From: Anolis carolinensis
Lineage: Eukaryota
DNA length: 64,000 nt
Assembly: GCF_035594765.1 (NCBI RefSeq)
Contig: NC_085843.1
Span: 677,399-741,398 of the forward strand
Direction: 5' to 3'
Part shown: positions 27,622 to 40,873 of the stretch, piece by piece
Layout: each line of letters opens with the position of its first letter
How positions within the stretch are numbered: position 1 is the first letter of the stretch
Notes under the pieces: generated by a model
Told to the model about the DNA's origin: nothing
Seen by the model: only the letters and a program-made list of their open reading frames with translations
The model's database searches: none
Program-made: the position numbers and the translations under genes

Positions 27622-28522
27622 TGTGATAATTATAGTATTATAATTATGGCAAGGGGTTATTATTATTGTAATGATATTATAAAAGTATAATGATAATTAT
27701 AATAACCTCCTGCCATGCAGGAAAGCACAAAGTGTGTGAGAATGAGTGTCTGAATTGAAAAAAATAACATTCTACAGTGATCCAGAATGACTTTGTAGTG
27801 AATATAACTGTTTGAGCTAAAAGTAGAAGCTGAAGACCAAAAGAATGAGTACAAAATGGAGATAGCTGCCTTGCATGATGGTATTGAGGCTCTGGCAGCC
27901 AAAAGCAAGGAACATCTGAACCATGGACAGAACTTTAGAATCTTGATAAATGGAGAACATCAAAGGCTGGTACAGTCAAAAGAATATAGCACTTGGGAGG
28001 TTCCCTTGCCATGATGGATTGAGTGTGAACTGATTTGGAGGACAACAAGGAGGACATGAGAGATTGTCCCTTCAGTATGATTCATTAAGCATGGGCTTAG
28101 TTTAGGAACAACAAAGGAGACCTCCCCGACACAGGTGCAGCTAGATGTACCAGAACTAAAGTCTTGAAAGGAACTGTGAAATTACATGAAAAGGAACATT
28201 ATGTTTATTACCACGAAACAAAGAAGCCATAGACTAGAATTGCTCCTAAATGATATAAAAGGAGAGCCTCTTCCGGTATGGCTTTGTTGTTGAATGAAGT
28301 ACTGCATCGGTGTCCCATCACTTCTGCAAAGGAACTTGATCAGTCCTTTGTGAGAAGATTGGTGAGTTTGAGAGTATGAATGAATGTGTGTGTGAATGTC
28401 CGTCCACTTGGTGTCAAGATCATTATGATTTTAAATACTGAATAAAAGTTACATGCATAGTGTTTAAACCCAAACCTGGTGTCACTGGTATCTTCTTCAA
28501 AGCCTATAGTCTCAAACTTGCA
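27622..28522 (+). mobile_element. Possible LTR (unclassified)
   Basis: TG...CA candidate ends and AATAAA at 28441 near the right end; no TSD recognised. Confidence 0.35.
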
Positions 28523-28689
28523 GATTATTTATTTATTTAGAACATTTCTATACTGCCTTTCTCCAAAGACCCTAGGTGTTTTACAGCGCCAATTACATAC
28601 AAGTATAAAATACGCATCAAATAAAAAGCATCACAAAAAATTCACAACATTGTTCAGGAGGTGGCTACAAAGTACGTCCCAAAGAAAAA

Positions 28690-30552
28690 ACCAAGAAGGC
28701 AAGATGGTTGTCTGTTGAGACACTGTAAGTAGCCCAAGAAAGAAGGAAGGCGAAAGGAAACAGTGATAGTGGGAGATATGCCCAATTAAATGCACAATTC
28801 CAGAGGTTAGCCAGAGGAGAGATAAGGAACTATTTTAAAACAACAATGCATGGAAGTGGAGGAAGATAATAGAATAGGAAGAGCAAGATACCTCTTCCAG
28901 AAAATCAGAAACATTGGAGGTAAATTTCAGGCAAAAATGGGCATGATCAAAAACAAAGGTGGTGAGGACCTAATGGAATAATAATAATAATAACTTTATT
29001 TTTATACCCCACCTCTATCTCCCCAAAGGGGACTCAGGGTGGCTGACATGGAGCCAAGCCCGAATAAAAACAATAGCAATATAAAACACAACAATAGACA
29101 AAAGACATGCACAATTATAAAAATTTAAACATTAGCCAATAAAAACAAATGACAAGCACTAATAAAAAACAAGGATTAAAACGGAGAGGTTGTAAAAGTA
29201 GACTGGGTAAGGTGCACCCTATAAATATTGTAAATACGAGGTGACTGATAAAGTGCTGCAAATTCTTGGAAGTGCAAATTGGGATGGGAATAGACCCTGT
29301 GTCTATATCAAGTTGACAAAGGTAAAAAGTGCAAACCGGTACAAAAATGGTGACAGATACAGGATTGTTATGGGGATGAGCAATCTTTATCCAAAGGACT
29401 GAGTGAAGAGCCAGGTTTTCAAGCTCTTCCTGAATACTACCAGGGTGGGAGATTGCCTGATTTCCCTGGGGAGCGAGTTCCAGAGCCGGGGCGCCACCGC
29501 GGAATCATAGAATCATAGAATAGTAGAGTTGGAAGAGACCACATGGGCCATCTAGTCCAACCCCCTGCTAAGAAGCAGGAAATCGCATTCAAAGCACCCC
29601 CGACAGATGGCCATCCGGGAGGCCCTCGAGAAGGCCCTCTCCCTCGTCCCCACCAACCGCGCTTGGGACAGAGATGGGAGCGAGAGGAGGGCCTCCCCCG
29701 ATGAACGAAGAGATCGTGCAGGTTCATAGTGGGAGAGGCGATCACAAACATAGGAAGGTTCCAAACCATTCAGGGCTTTATAAGTGATCACCTGCACCTT
29801 GAATTGGGTCCGGAAGGTGAACGGCAGCCAATGGAGCTCCTTAAGCTGGAGGGTTGAACGCTCCCTATAATTAGCTCCAGTTAGAAGCAAGGCTGCCGAG
29901 CATTGGACTAGTTGGAGTTTCTGGGCCGTCTTCAAGGGAAGCCCCACATAGAGCGCATTGCAATAGTCCAGTCTAGAGGTAACTAAGCCATGGACCACCA
30001 TGGCCAGATCAGACTTAACGGAAGCTGAAGAGATCAAGAAAAGGTGGCGAAAATATACAGAAGATCTGTACAGGAAGGATAAAAATATAGAGGATAGCTT
30101 TGACAGTATGGTGAGTGAATTAGAACCAGACATCCTGAGGAGTGAGGTTGAATGGGCCTTAAGAAGCACTGCTAATAACAAGGCAGCAAGAGATGACGGG
30201 ATCCCAGCTGAGTTGTTTAAAATCTTGAAAGATGATACTGTCAAGGTGATGCAGGCCATATGCCAGCAAATATGGAAAACACAAGAATGGCCATCAGATT
30301 GGAAAAAATCAATTTATATCCCCATACCAAAAAAGGGAAACGCCAAAGAATGCTCAAACTTCCATACAGTGGCCCTTATTTCCCATGCCAGGAAGGTAAT
30401 GCTCAAGATCCTGCAAGGCAGACTCCAGCAAGACATGGAGCGAGAGCTGCCAGATGTCCAAGCTGGGTTTAGAAAAGGCAGAGGAACGAGAGACCATATT
30501 GACAATATCCGCTGGATAATGGAAGAAGGGAGGGAGTTTCAGAAAAGTATCT
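28690..30552 (+). mobile_element. RTE-BovB internal fragment split by an L2
   Basis: ...MEVEEDNRIGR..LFQKIR..GGKFQAKMGMIK then [12 protein letters not shown]...QAGFRKGRGTRD; duplicated GACYTAAYGGAA at both junctions. Confidence 0.9.
28980..30010 (-). mobile_element. L2 3' part with a nested CR1 tail (about 29502-29615)
   Basis: [14 protein letters not shown]...LHWLP; (TTA)n tail; 3' UTR shared with 62162-62727. Confidence 0.9.
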
Positions 30553-30553
30553 A

Positions 30554-30840
30554 CAGTGTTCCCTCACTTATTGTAAGGGTTACCTTCCAGGACCACCGAC
30601 GATAAGTGTAAATCCACGAAGTAGGGACGCTATTTTAATTTTAATGTTTATAAATTATTATTTTTACCCCATTGCTGCTGCTTCTCCTCCTCAGGGCTGC
30701 CCCCTTGCATCGGCCCTGCCATGTGGCTCTGGCTGCCTCTACTAGGGAAGAAGGAACGCTGCTCCACTCGGTGAGTCTCAAGGGTCTTCCTTCCTTCTTT
30801 CTGTTGGAGACAGCAACCTTCTCAAACCTCCACTATCTGA
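30554..30840. mobile_element. Tigger-like MITE fragment
   Basis: TA|CAGTGTTCCCTCACTTA terminus, as at 38563. Confidence 0.7.
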
Positions 30841-30859
30841 TGTATTGTCTGTTTATATT

Positions 30860-31250
30860 AATTAATTAATTAATTAATTTTTGTCATTTCTACCCTTTCT
30901 CACCCAAGGGGACCCAAGGTGGCTTACAAATCTGGCAAGATTCAATGCCAATATCAACAGTACAATAAAATAAACACAGAATATTTAAAACAATTAGGCA
31001 TTAAACAAATAAAAACAATATACAAAGCTTAAAACAGGTAAAGTGCTTAAATCCATTCGTCCAAGAGCCTTGCGCACAATCCTTACTCCAGACCGTGTTG
31101 AGCCGTAAAACTTACTTGTTAAACCCTTGTGCGCATAGCCATGTCTTTAATTTCTTTCTAAAGCCGAAAAGGGATGGAGCCTGCCTGCCAGATGTCGCTA
31201 GAGAGGGTGTTCCACAGCCAAGGAGCCACCGCTGAGAAGGCCCTGTCTCT
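30860..31250 (-). mobile_element. L2 3' end
   Basis: RAFSAVAP.LWN coding remnant and L2 tail. Confidence 0.8.
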
Positions 31251-31285
31251 CATATTGTTTATTTCCTGAAGTGTATGTCTTTTTT

Positions 31286-31700
31286 GGAGCCCCCGGTGGT
31301 GCAGCGGATTAAAGTGCTGAGCTGCTCAACTTGCTGACCAAAAGGTTGGTTCTAATCCGTGGAGCAGGGTGAGCTCCCACTGTTAGCCCCAGCTTCTGCA
31401 AACCTAGCAGTTTGAAAACATGCTAATGGGAGTAGATCAATAGGTACCACTCCGGCGGGAAGGTAAAGGAACTCCATGTAGTCATGCCAGTGGCCACATG
31501 ACCTTGGAGGTGTCTACAGACAATGCTGGCTCTTCAACTTAGAAATAGAAATGAGCACCAACCCCTATAATAATAATAATAAATTTATTTTTGTATGCCG
31601 CCTCCATCTCCCCAGCAGGGGACTCGGGGCGGCTCACACGGCTCCCCTAGAGTTGGACATGACTGGACTTAATGTCAGGGGAAAACCTTTACCTTTACTA
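31286..31700 (+). mobile_element. Sauria SINE with a nested L2 tail (about 31567-31642)
   Basis: Head, core and (ACCTTT)n tail. Confidence 0.9.
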
Positions 31701-32734
31701 TACCTTTTTTGGTTTGCAGCTTTCTTAACTCTATGTACTTGAGGCAGTGGGAAGGCTGCGATCTACAGTGACTGGTTCAGTGACAGTTTAGAATGCAGTT
31801 TAAAATGATGACAGTTGAGGCTTGAGTCTGTTTGAATACAGAAGCCAGCGTTAGAAGTTAGAAGTCAGTTGAGGCTTGAGTTCCTTGGAAGAAGACTGTT
31901 ATTAAAGGGAGCTGTACAGAGCAATACAGTTTTTGTAGACTGTACAGTAAAGACTGTAAGTTAAAGATACAAGCAGAAATGTTTTTTAAAGCTTAACCTG
32001 ACAAGAAATGTACCTGTAAATTTAAATACATGAAGTTGTGATTAAAACAAACTTTAAAGAAGTCTACTTAAATCTTTGTTGGCTGAAAGTGTGGAATAGG
32101 AAAAAGACATTTACACGCCCAGCGATCTTCCGTTAACCGATGAACTATATGCTACCCAATAGGTTATGATCCTAATAGGTCATAATTCCCAAAAGGGTAT
32201 AATTCTAACACGTCATAATCCAATAGTCTAATACCTTTCTACAAACCAGGACAGGCACTAAGATCTACCGGGGAGGCCCTACTCTCAGTCCCACCTTCGT
32301 TTCAAGTGTGGCTGGTGGGGACAAGGGAGAGGGCCTTCTCCGTGGTGGCCCCCCAACTTTGGAACGCTCTCCCGAGGGAGATCAGGATGGTCCTTACATG
32401 GACTTTCAACAAGCCTTCGACCATGTTTAGATTCCTTTAATTAAAGGAAGGACCAGGCCTGTAGCGAGGGGGGGGGGGAGTTTAGGGGTTCAACCCCCCC
32501 CCCCAAATTTTCAAAACCCCTCCCGAAATTTTTTTCTGGCTACAGCCCTGACGAGGACCCATAGATTCACTAAGCACTTGGCATGACTGAGATTGATTAT
32601 TGTTGTTTTATACCTACACCTATTGCTGTATTTTCCTGATTTTAACCAGCAAGTGGCGATGGGAGCAGGACTGTGAAATCTGGAAGCCCCTAGTCACAGA
32701 CTGGCACATGAGCGGTGGATATGGACTTAGTTGT

Positions 32735-34110
32735 TTTACCTCAAGGACGAAGACATCAAGGAAAAATTTTATTGTCAGCTGGACACCATCCTATCGGAGA
32801 TACCTAAGAAGGACAAAATCATCCTCCTGGGGGACTTTAATGCCAGAGTCGGACGGGACTCTGACCTGTGGCCAGGGATCATAGGAAAAGACGGAGTCGG
32901 TAACAGCAACTCGAATGGCATCTTGCTTCTCTCCAAATGCGGAGGGCGCAACCTTGTCATCACCAACACGCTCTTCCACCAGAAAAACAAGCTCAAGATA
33001 TCATGGAAGCACCCCCAGCCAAAGCATTGGCACCTCTTGGACTATGTTATTACACGTGCCAGAGACTGCCGCGATGTGCTTTTCACAAAAGCCATTGCAG
33101 GTGCCGATGACTAATAGAAATATATATTCATAACTTGTTAAGATTATGATCCCAATATGGTTAAATATTGGTGCAGAGCAGTAAAAAACGCAGAAGACTA
33201 GGGGTTATGTGAGCAGAGGTAAAAAGAAAATAAACAATAAGACAAAATATCCAGCCTCCCTTTCCCTTTGAAAAGTCATGGGCATAAAATAAACATCAGA
33301 GACATCAAAATAAAATAGCAAAAATATGTTTACTCACAATCTTGTATGATGATGGTCATACAGGCAAAAAAACATCTTAGTTCCAAAAGAAAAACAGTTC
33401 AGGATAATACATATCTCTTAACAAACAGGAACATCAGCATGGCATGGCATGGCAGGAGCAAAGAAGGAAGAGACAGGAAGAGACATCTGTACATCACTTC
33501 CTGTGTGTCCCCAGAAAGGATACTCCCAATTCCCATTTCATATGCAAAAACCCCTAAATGGTGTCAGTGTCATCAACTCTGGAATGCAGCTTGGCTCAGG
33601 TTACTAAGCAACAAACATAATTAACTACATAAACCATCCCACATTGAAAATTCATGCATGATTGCTTAGATAACCCAAAAATGACTGCTGGACAGATCAC
33701 AGGTTAATCCGATCCACAATGGCTATCAAGATCATCCCCAAACGCAGACTCCAAGGAAGAAAAACAAGGCGTAAAATGAACACCCAAGCCCTTCAGGAGC
33801 CCTCTAAACGAGCCCTCCAGAGGAACAGTGGACATGATCTTCACTGCTTGACAGCTCCAAGAAAAATGCAGGGAACAAAACCAACCTCTGTACATGGCAT
33901 TCATTGACCTTGCAAAGGCATTCTGTTGCAACGCTCTCTGGACCATCCTCCAAAAAATCTGGTGCCCTGACAAATTTGTGAACATCCTGCGGCTCCTCCA
34001 TGATGACATGATGGCAACAGTCTTGGACAGCAACGGCTCCCAAAGTGACCCATTTAAGGTGGAATCAGGTGTTAAGCAGGGATGTGTTATTGCCCCTACC
34101 TTATTTTCCA
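32735..34110 (+). mobile_element. RTE-clade LINE (non-BovB): endonuclease plus RT pieces, internally deleted and interrupted
   Basis: LLGDFNARVG, WHLLDYV, CWTDH, RGTVDMIF, AFIDLAKAF, GVKQGCVIAP. Confidence 0.9.
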
Positions 34111-34440
34111 GGAGGGCGACTAAAACGATTAAGGGTCTGGAGAACAAGCCCTATGAGGAGCGGCTTAAAGAACTGGGCATGTTTAGCCTGCAGAAGAGAA
34201 GGCTGGGAGGAGACACGATAGTCATGTATACATATGTGAGGGGAAGTCCTAGGGAGGAGGGAGTGAACTTCCTTTCTGCTGCCCTGGAGACCAGGACACA
34301 GTGGAGCAATGGCTTCAAAGTTTAGGAAAGACAGGAGATTCCACTTGAACATGAGGAAGAACTTCTCTCACTGTGAGAAAGCCATTCAGCAGTGGAACTC
34401 TCTCTCTGCCCCGGAGGGAGGATGGTGGAAGGAGACTCCT
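34110..34440 (+). mobile_element. CR1 3' fragment fused to the RTE
   Basis: [27 protein letters not shown]. Confidence 0.85.
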
Positions 34441-34618
34441 TCTTTATTTGTTTATTTATTTACTTGCTACATTTACTTCTCACCCCGAAGGGGACTCAGA
34501 GCAGTTTGCAAATAATATTTACATACAGTGGTATTATATCACTAGCACAGCACAACACTAGCACTATATACCAGTATATTGAACCACACCACGATACTGT
34601 AATATTACATGTAATAAA

Positions 34619-34950
34619 AAAAGGTAAAGGTTTCCCCTGACGTTAGGTCCAGTCGTGACCGACTCTGGGGGTTGGTGCTCATCTCCATTTCTAGGCTGAA
34701 GAGCCAGTGTTGTCCATAGACATCTCCAAGGTCATGTGGCCACTGGCATGACTGCATGGAGCACCGTTACCTTCCCGCCGGAGCGGTACCTATTGATCTA
34801 TTCACATTGGCATGATTTCGAACTGCTAGGTTGGCAGGAGCTGGGGCTAACAGTGGGCGCTCATTCCGCTCCTGGGATTTGAACCTGGGACCTTTCAGTC
34901 TGCAAGTTCAGCAGCTCAGCACTTTCACACACTGTGCCACCAGGGGCCCT
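34619..34950 (-). mobile_element. Sauria SINE, full length
   Basis: TSD ACATGTAATAAA on both sides. Confidence 0.92.
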
Positions 34951-34997
34951 ACATGTAATAAACAATATATAATTAATATTATTATATTGTAGTAGTA

Positions 34998-35545
34998 CAG
35001 TAGAGTCTCACTTATGCAAGCTAAACGGGCCGGCAGAACATTGGATAAGTGAATACGTTGGATAATAAGGAGGGATTAAGGAAAAGCCTATTAAACATCA
35101 AATTAGGTTATGATTTTACAAATTAAGCACCAAAACATCATGTTATACAACAAATTTGACAGAAAAAGTAGTTCAATACGCAGTAATGTTATGTTGTAAT
35201 TACTGTATTTACGAATTTAGCACCAAAATATCACGATATATTGAAATCATTGACTACAAAAATGCCTTGGATAATCCAGACCCTTGGATAAGCGAGTCTT
35301 GGATAAGTGAGACTCTGCTGTATTATTAGTATTACAGTAGTGTCTCACTTATCCAATGTTCTGGATTATCCAACACATTTTTGTAGTCAATGATTTCAAT
35401 ACATCGTGATATTTTGGTGCTAAATTCGTAACTACAGTAATTACTACATAGCATTACTGTGTATTGAACTACTTTTTCTGTCAAATTTGTTGTATAACAT
35501 GGTGTTTTGGTGCTTAATTTGTAAAATCATCACCTAATTTGTTCA
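34998..35545. mobile_element. Tc1/mariner MITEs (complete 34998-35320, partial 35334-35545)
   Basis: CAGTAGAGTCTCACTTAT TIRs with TA flanks. Confidence 0.9.
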
Positions 35546-35699
35546 TAAGTTCAAAACACACACAGGGCAACAGTATATAACAGTCCTTTTAAATAGGCCT
35601 CATTCCTTTTTAAGCAATAAAACTTACGAGAGCATGACAGCCTTTTTATTCCTACCAAATTCCTGTCAGCTGCTTTCTTCCTCTCCAGAATAAAAGTAA

Positions 35700-36430
35700 C
35701 CGTTGGAACCGTTTCCCCCACGGCCAAGCTAGATGCAGCAGCCAATCAGAATCCTGGCTGACTCTCCCTCCTTGGTCTGCCTAGCAACACGGGGCCTGGC
35801 TGGCCTCCCGGTCTCTGATTGGCGCCGCCGCTCCTGGCCCCGCCCCTTCCCCAACGGACTTTCTCTCCGCCGCGGCTCCTCTCCCAACGAGGAAGGGCGT
35901 GGCCTGGGTGACGTCACTCCCGCCCCCTCAGAGGCCACCCACCCATCAATCAAAACCGGAGAGCGGCGGGTAGCCAATGGTGGTCTCCGGGGGGCGGGGC
36001 TCCACGGACTCAGCCAATGCGAGGGAGCGGGAAAGGCCTTCTTCTCGGGCGGGTCCCTCCGTGAGGCGGAGAGCGAGAAGAAAGAGGCCGAGCGAGAGAA
36101 CGGGAGAGGCCGGCAGGTAGAGTCTGTGTTTACGGTCCCCGTCGTGAATGAGGTCAGGAGAACTCCGCTTAGGAGGCAGGCGGGATCCCCAGGCCCACAA
36201 AATGGCGCCTGGAAGGATTCTGAGGGGATGGAAATGGCCTCCTGGAGTCCGGATTAAAAGGAGCCCCGGCCTGAGGCGACGCTTCCCCGCCCCCCTCAGG
36301 CCAATACCAGGCCTGGCCTGGCCTGCCGTGAAAGGGATCCTGATTTCAGGGCCCCACCCACTGCCCACAATAAACACACCTGCGTGCGCGTGCACGCGTG
36401 AGGCCATAGAGTGCTGAGGGGAGAGCGCTA
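35700..36430 (+). promoter_or_regulatory. CpG island promoter with non-coding exon 1 (for ZNF C and/or D)
   Basis: CCAAT at 35742, 35818 (reverse), 35974, 36014; RFX-like CCTAGCAAC 35780; GC boxes 35838, 35991; CRE TGACGTCA 35909; donor CAG|GTAGAG at 36116/36117; YY1-like AAAATGGCG 36199. Confidence 0.8.
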
Positions 36431-36567
36431 GAAGGGCCCTCGCTGACTCTCGTGCACTTCACAACTCCAAGACACTGTCTTTATCAAAAGCAAAGAAATA
36501 TTTATTTGTGAATTCTTTAGCACTTATTAAGCATATTTTGTTACAACTTTTACCTCAGTTCCACTTA

Positions 36568-37725
36568 CAGTAGGGTCTCACTGAACCAACATTCGCTTAT
36601 CCAACATTCTGGATTATCCAACGCACTCTGCCTTTTAGTAGTCAACGTTTTTGCAATCAGTGTTTTCAATCCATTGCGATGTTTTGGCGCTAAATTCGTA
36701 AATACAGTAGAGTCTCACTTATCCAAGCTAAACGGGCCGGCAGAACCTTGGATAAGTGAATATCTTGGATAATAAGGAGGGATTAAGGGAAAGCCTATTA
36801 AACATCCAATTAGGTTATGATTTTACAAATTAAGCACCAAAACATCATGTTATACAACAAATTTGACAGAAAAAGTAGTTCAATACGCAGTAATGTTATG
36901 TTGTAATTACTGTATTTACGAATTTAGCACCAAAATATCACGATATGTTGAAAACGTTACTACAAAAATGCATTGGATAATCCAGAACGTTGGATAAGCG
37001 AGTGTTGGACTACTGTACAGTAATTACTACATAGCATTACCATCTAGTGAACTGGTTTTTCTGTCAAATTCATTGCAAAACATGATATTTTGGAGCTTAA
37101 TTTGTAAAATCATAATGTAATTTGATGTTTAATAGGCTTTTCCTTAATCCCTCCTTATTATCCAACAACAGTTCTGTTGTTGATGTTTTAAAAGGTGCTT
37201 TAAGGATGTTTTTAAGATGTTCTTTAAACTGTTGATTTTAGCCTGTTCTTGTAAGCTGCTCCGAGCCCTAGGGGAGTGGCGGCATATAAGTTTGAAAAAT
37301 AAATAAATAAATATCCGCTTATCCAACGTTTTGCTGCCCCATTTATGTTGGATAAGTGAGACTCTACTGTAGTTATAAAAGATATTGTCTTGCACTCACT
37401 TGGTTACATAAAGCTGTTGAAATATAACTTTCCAAACACTTAAACTTAGTTTAACTTGTTCATGCACTAGCTTTCCTTTCAGAAATACAATAGAGTCTCG
37501 CTTATCCAACCTTCACTTATCCAACATTTTGTATTATCCAACGCAGTCTGCCTTTTATTAGTCAACGTTTTTGTAGTCAATGTTGCAATATTTTGGTGCT
37601 AAATTCGTAAATACAGTAATTAATACATAACATTGCTGTGTATTGAACTGCTTTTTCTGTCAATTTGTTGTAATATATGATGTTTTGGTGCTTAATTTGT
37701 AAAATCATAACGTAATTTTATGTCT
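36568..37725. mobile_element. Cluster of nested Tc1/mariner MITEs
   Basis: Outer copy 36568-37369, nested copy about 36705-37016, partial copy 37487-37725. Confidence 0.88.
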
Positions 37726-37727
37726 AA

Positions 37728-38300
37728 CTAGCTTGGGGACCCGGCGGTGGCCGGGTTATTAGAAGAAACTTATAAACGCCTGTAGTATGTTCAGCTGGTC
37801 ATGAGGCTTCTCTGTGCAAAGTTTGGTCCTGGTCCATTGTCGGTGGGGGTCACTGTTTATCTGGATGCAAGTAAACTATAAGTCCCTTTTCCCCATTGGC
37901 TATGGGGACTCTGTGTGCCAAGTTTGGTCCTGGTCCATCATGGGTAGGGTTCAATTGTAGGTGAACTATAAATCCCAGTACCTACTACTCCCAAATGTCC
38001 AGGCCAATTGCCCTCAAAACCCACCAGTATTGAAATCTTGGCATATCAGGTATGCATGGCAAGTTTGGTCCAGACCCATTATTGTTTGGGTTCATAGTGC
38101 GTTCTGGGTGTAGGTGAACTACAACTCCTCTAAATTCCCCAGTAGGAGTCACGTGCTCTGACTTGATGCAGGGTGAAGGACAACTTCCACCATGTGGAGT
38201 CAATCCCCAAACTCCTCCAGTAAGTTTAGTTGCTGCTTAGTTCTGTTCTGTTTGTTATGAGAGTTGAAAGGGAAGGGCAGCAGGTGGGGTCATGCAAATT
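37728..38300 (-). mobile_element. Second Helitron family: 3' end and repetitive interior
   Basis: Minus strand ACCCGG ccaccg CCGGGT hairpin then CCCCAAGCTAG|T; repeated AAGTTTGGTCC...GTGAACTA units; 5' end not located. Confidence 0.7.
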
Positions 38301-38966
38301 TCACAACAATGGAGAACCCTGGGTTGCCTGCCTGTGGGGATGTTCCAGGGGAAGGGGCTAGAATATCCACGTCCACAAAGCCATAGAACAGTGTGGTCCA
38401 ACCTGCGCAGGCCCACCCATTCATTTTGTTGGCCCTTGCCCTTGTTACGGGAAAAAGTATTTTAATTTAACATTTCGGGGAAAAAATGTTTACCCTTCTT
38501 ACTGCTTTAAGTTTTTAATAAACATTTTCTTTCTAGAATGTCTCTGGCCCTCACATCCCTATACAGTGTTCCCTCACTTATTAGGTTCCAGGACCACCCG
38601 CAATAAGTGAAAGTCCGTGTGTTGATAAATCGCCTCCTTCTCCCGTTGCTGCTTGGGCTCCTTTTCTCTCCCTTTGACTTCCTTCCTTCCTTCCTCCCTT
38701 CCTTAGGCTGTAAATTGAAATTTTTTATGATTTATGATAGTCTTTTAGAGTTTATTGAAAAACCGCAAAACAGCGAATCCGCAAAAAGCGAACCGCAAAG
38801 TAGTGAGGGAACACTGTACAGTGTTTGTTCCCTCACTACTTCACAGTTCACTTTTTGCGGATTCGCTGCTTCGCGGTTTTTTAATAAACACTAAAAGAAT
38901 ATAATAAACCATAAAAATTATGATTTTTCCTTCCTCTCTCTTTCTTCTTCCTTCCTAAGGAGAAGC

Positions 38967-39040
38967 GGAAGGAAGGAAGGAAGGAAGGAAGGAAGGAAGG
39001 AAGGAAGGAAGGAAGGAAGGAAGGAAGGAAGGAAGGAAGG
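38967..39040 (+). repeat. (GGAA)n microsatellite
   Basis: Read directly. Confidence 0.97.
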
Positions 39041-39099
39041 AGAAGCCGAAGGGAAAGAAAAGGAGGCGGAAGCAGCTTCTTGAGATTGTAAACAACACA

Positions 39100-40873
39100 A
39101 TGTGGACAAGGTGCTTGGAGAGGCGAGGGCTACCACATGCATCCTAGACCCCTGCCCATCCTGGCTGGTGAGAGAAGCCAGAGGGGGATTGGCCGAGTGG
39201 GTGAAGGTGGTGGTGAATGCCTCCCTTCGGGATGGCATATTTCCAGCGAGCCTTAAATTGGCTGTTGAAGAAGCCATCACTGGACCCCACTCAATTGGAG
39301 AACTATCAGCCTATTTCCAATCTCCCCTTTCTGGGCAAGGTCGTGGAACATGTGGTGGCCGCGCAACTCCAGGCATTCTTGGTTGACACTGATTTTCTAG
39401 ATCCGGCACAGTCTGGTTTCAGGCCGGGGCATGGTACCGAGACAGCCTTGGTCGCCTTAGTCGATGATCTACGCCGCGAGCTGGACAGGGGGAGTGTGTC
39501 CCTGCTGGTTCTGCTGGACCTCTCAGCGGCCTTCGATACCATCGATCACGGTATCCTTCTGGGGCGCCTTGCTGGGATGGGGCTCGGAGGTACTGTTCTG
39601 CAGTGGCTCCGGTCCTTCCTGGAGGGTCGATCCCAGATGGTGTCATTGGGGGACACCTGCTCGGCCCCACAACCATTGACTTGTGGGGCCCCGCAGGGTT
39701 CAATACTGTCCCCCATGTTGTTCAACATATACATGAAGCCGTTGGGAGAGATCATCCGGAGTTTCGGGGTGAGGTGTCATCTGTACGCAGATGATGTCCA
39801 GCTCTGTCACTCCTTTCCACCTGTCACTCAGGAGGCTGTTCAGGTCCTGAACCGGTGTCTGGCCGCTGTGTCGGACTGGATGAGGGCTAACAAATTGAAA
39901 TTGAATCCAGACAAGACAGAGGTCCTCCTGGTCAGTCGTAAGGCTGAACAGGGTATAGGGTTACAGCCTGTGTTGGACGGGGTCGCACTCCCCCTGAAGA
40001 CACAGGTTTGCAGTCTGGGGGTGATCCTGGACTCATCGCTGAGCCTGGAACCCCAGGAGAGCCTTCGCACAACTGAGACTTGTGTGCCAGCTGCGCCCGT
40101 ACCTTGGGAAGTCTGACTTGGCCACGGTGGTCCACGCTCTGGTCACATCCCGGCTGGATTACTGCAACGCGCTCTACGTGGGGCTGCCTTTGAAGACAGC
40201 CCGGAAGCTCCAATTAGTACAACGGGCGGCAGCCAGATTGTTAACTGGGGCGGCTTACAGGGAGCATACTACTCCCTTGTTAAGCCAGCTCCACTGGTTG
40301 CCGATATGCTACCGAGCCCAATTCAAAGTGCTGGTCTTGGCCTACAAAGCCCTAAACGGTTCTGGTCCAATTTACCTGTCCGAACGTATCTTCCCCTATG
40401 AGCCCACAAGAACCTTAAGATCTTCTGGAGAGGCCCTGCTCTCGGTCCCACCCGCCTCACAGGCACGGCGGGTGGGGACGAGAGACAGGGCCTTCTCGGT
40501 GGTGGCTCCCCGGCTGTGGAACTCCCTCCCCAGTGACATTCGGCAGGCCCCATCCCTTTTGGGGTTCAGAAAAAAACTGAAGACCTGGCTATGTACGCAG
40601 GCATTTGAAGAATAAGCATGTGTTGGCTTCGACTTGGTCTGAATTACGGTTCTTGTATAACGTCTGGTGGATGAATGGCATAAGCACTTTGCATTGTTTT
40701 AAACTTTGTATATTGTATTTTATGACTATTTTATGATTGTTTTAACTGTTTTAATCATTTTAGTTTATTGTATATCCGTGTAACGGCATCAATTGCCACT
40801 TGTAAGCCGCCCTGAGTCCCCTCGGGTGAGAAGGGTGGGGTATAAATAATTGAAATAAATAAATAAATAAATA
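39100..40873 (+). mobile_element. L2 LINE, 5'-truncated and frameshifted
   Basis: NYQPISNLPF, QSGFR, LDLSAAFD, PQGS, YADD, SRLDYCN; (TAAA)n tail. Confidence 0.95.

Noticed and set aside
33894-34325. RTE-CR1 in-frame fusion ORF as a new gene
   Set aside because: Chance fusion of two degraded fragments; the RT is incomplete.
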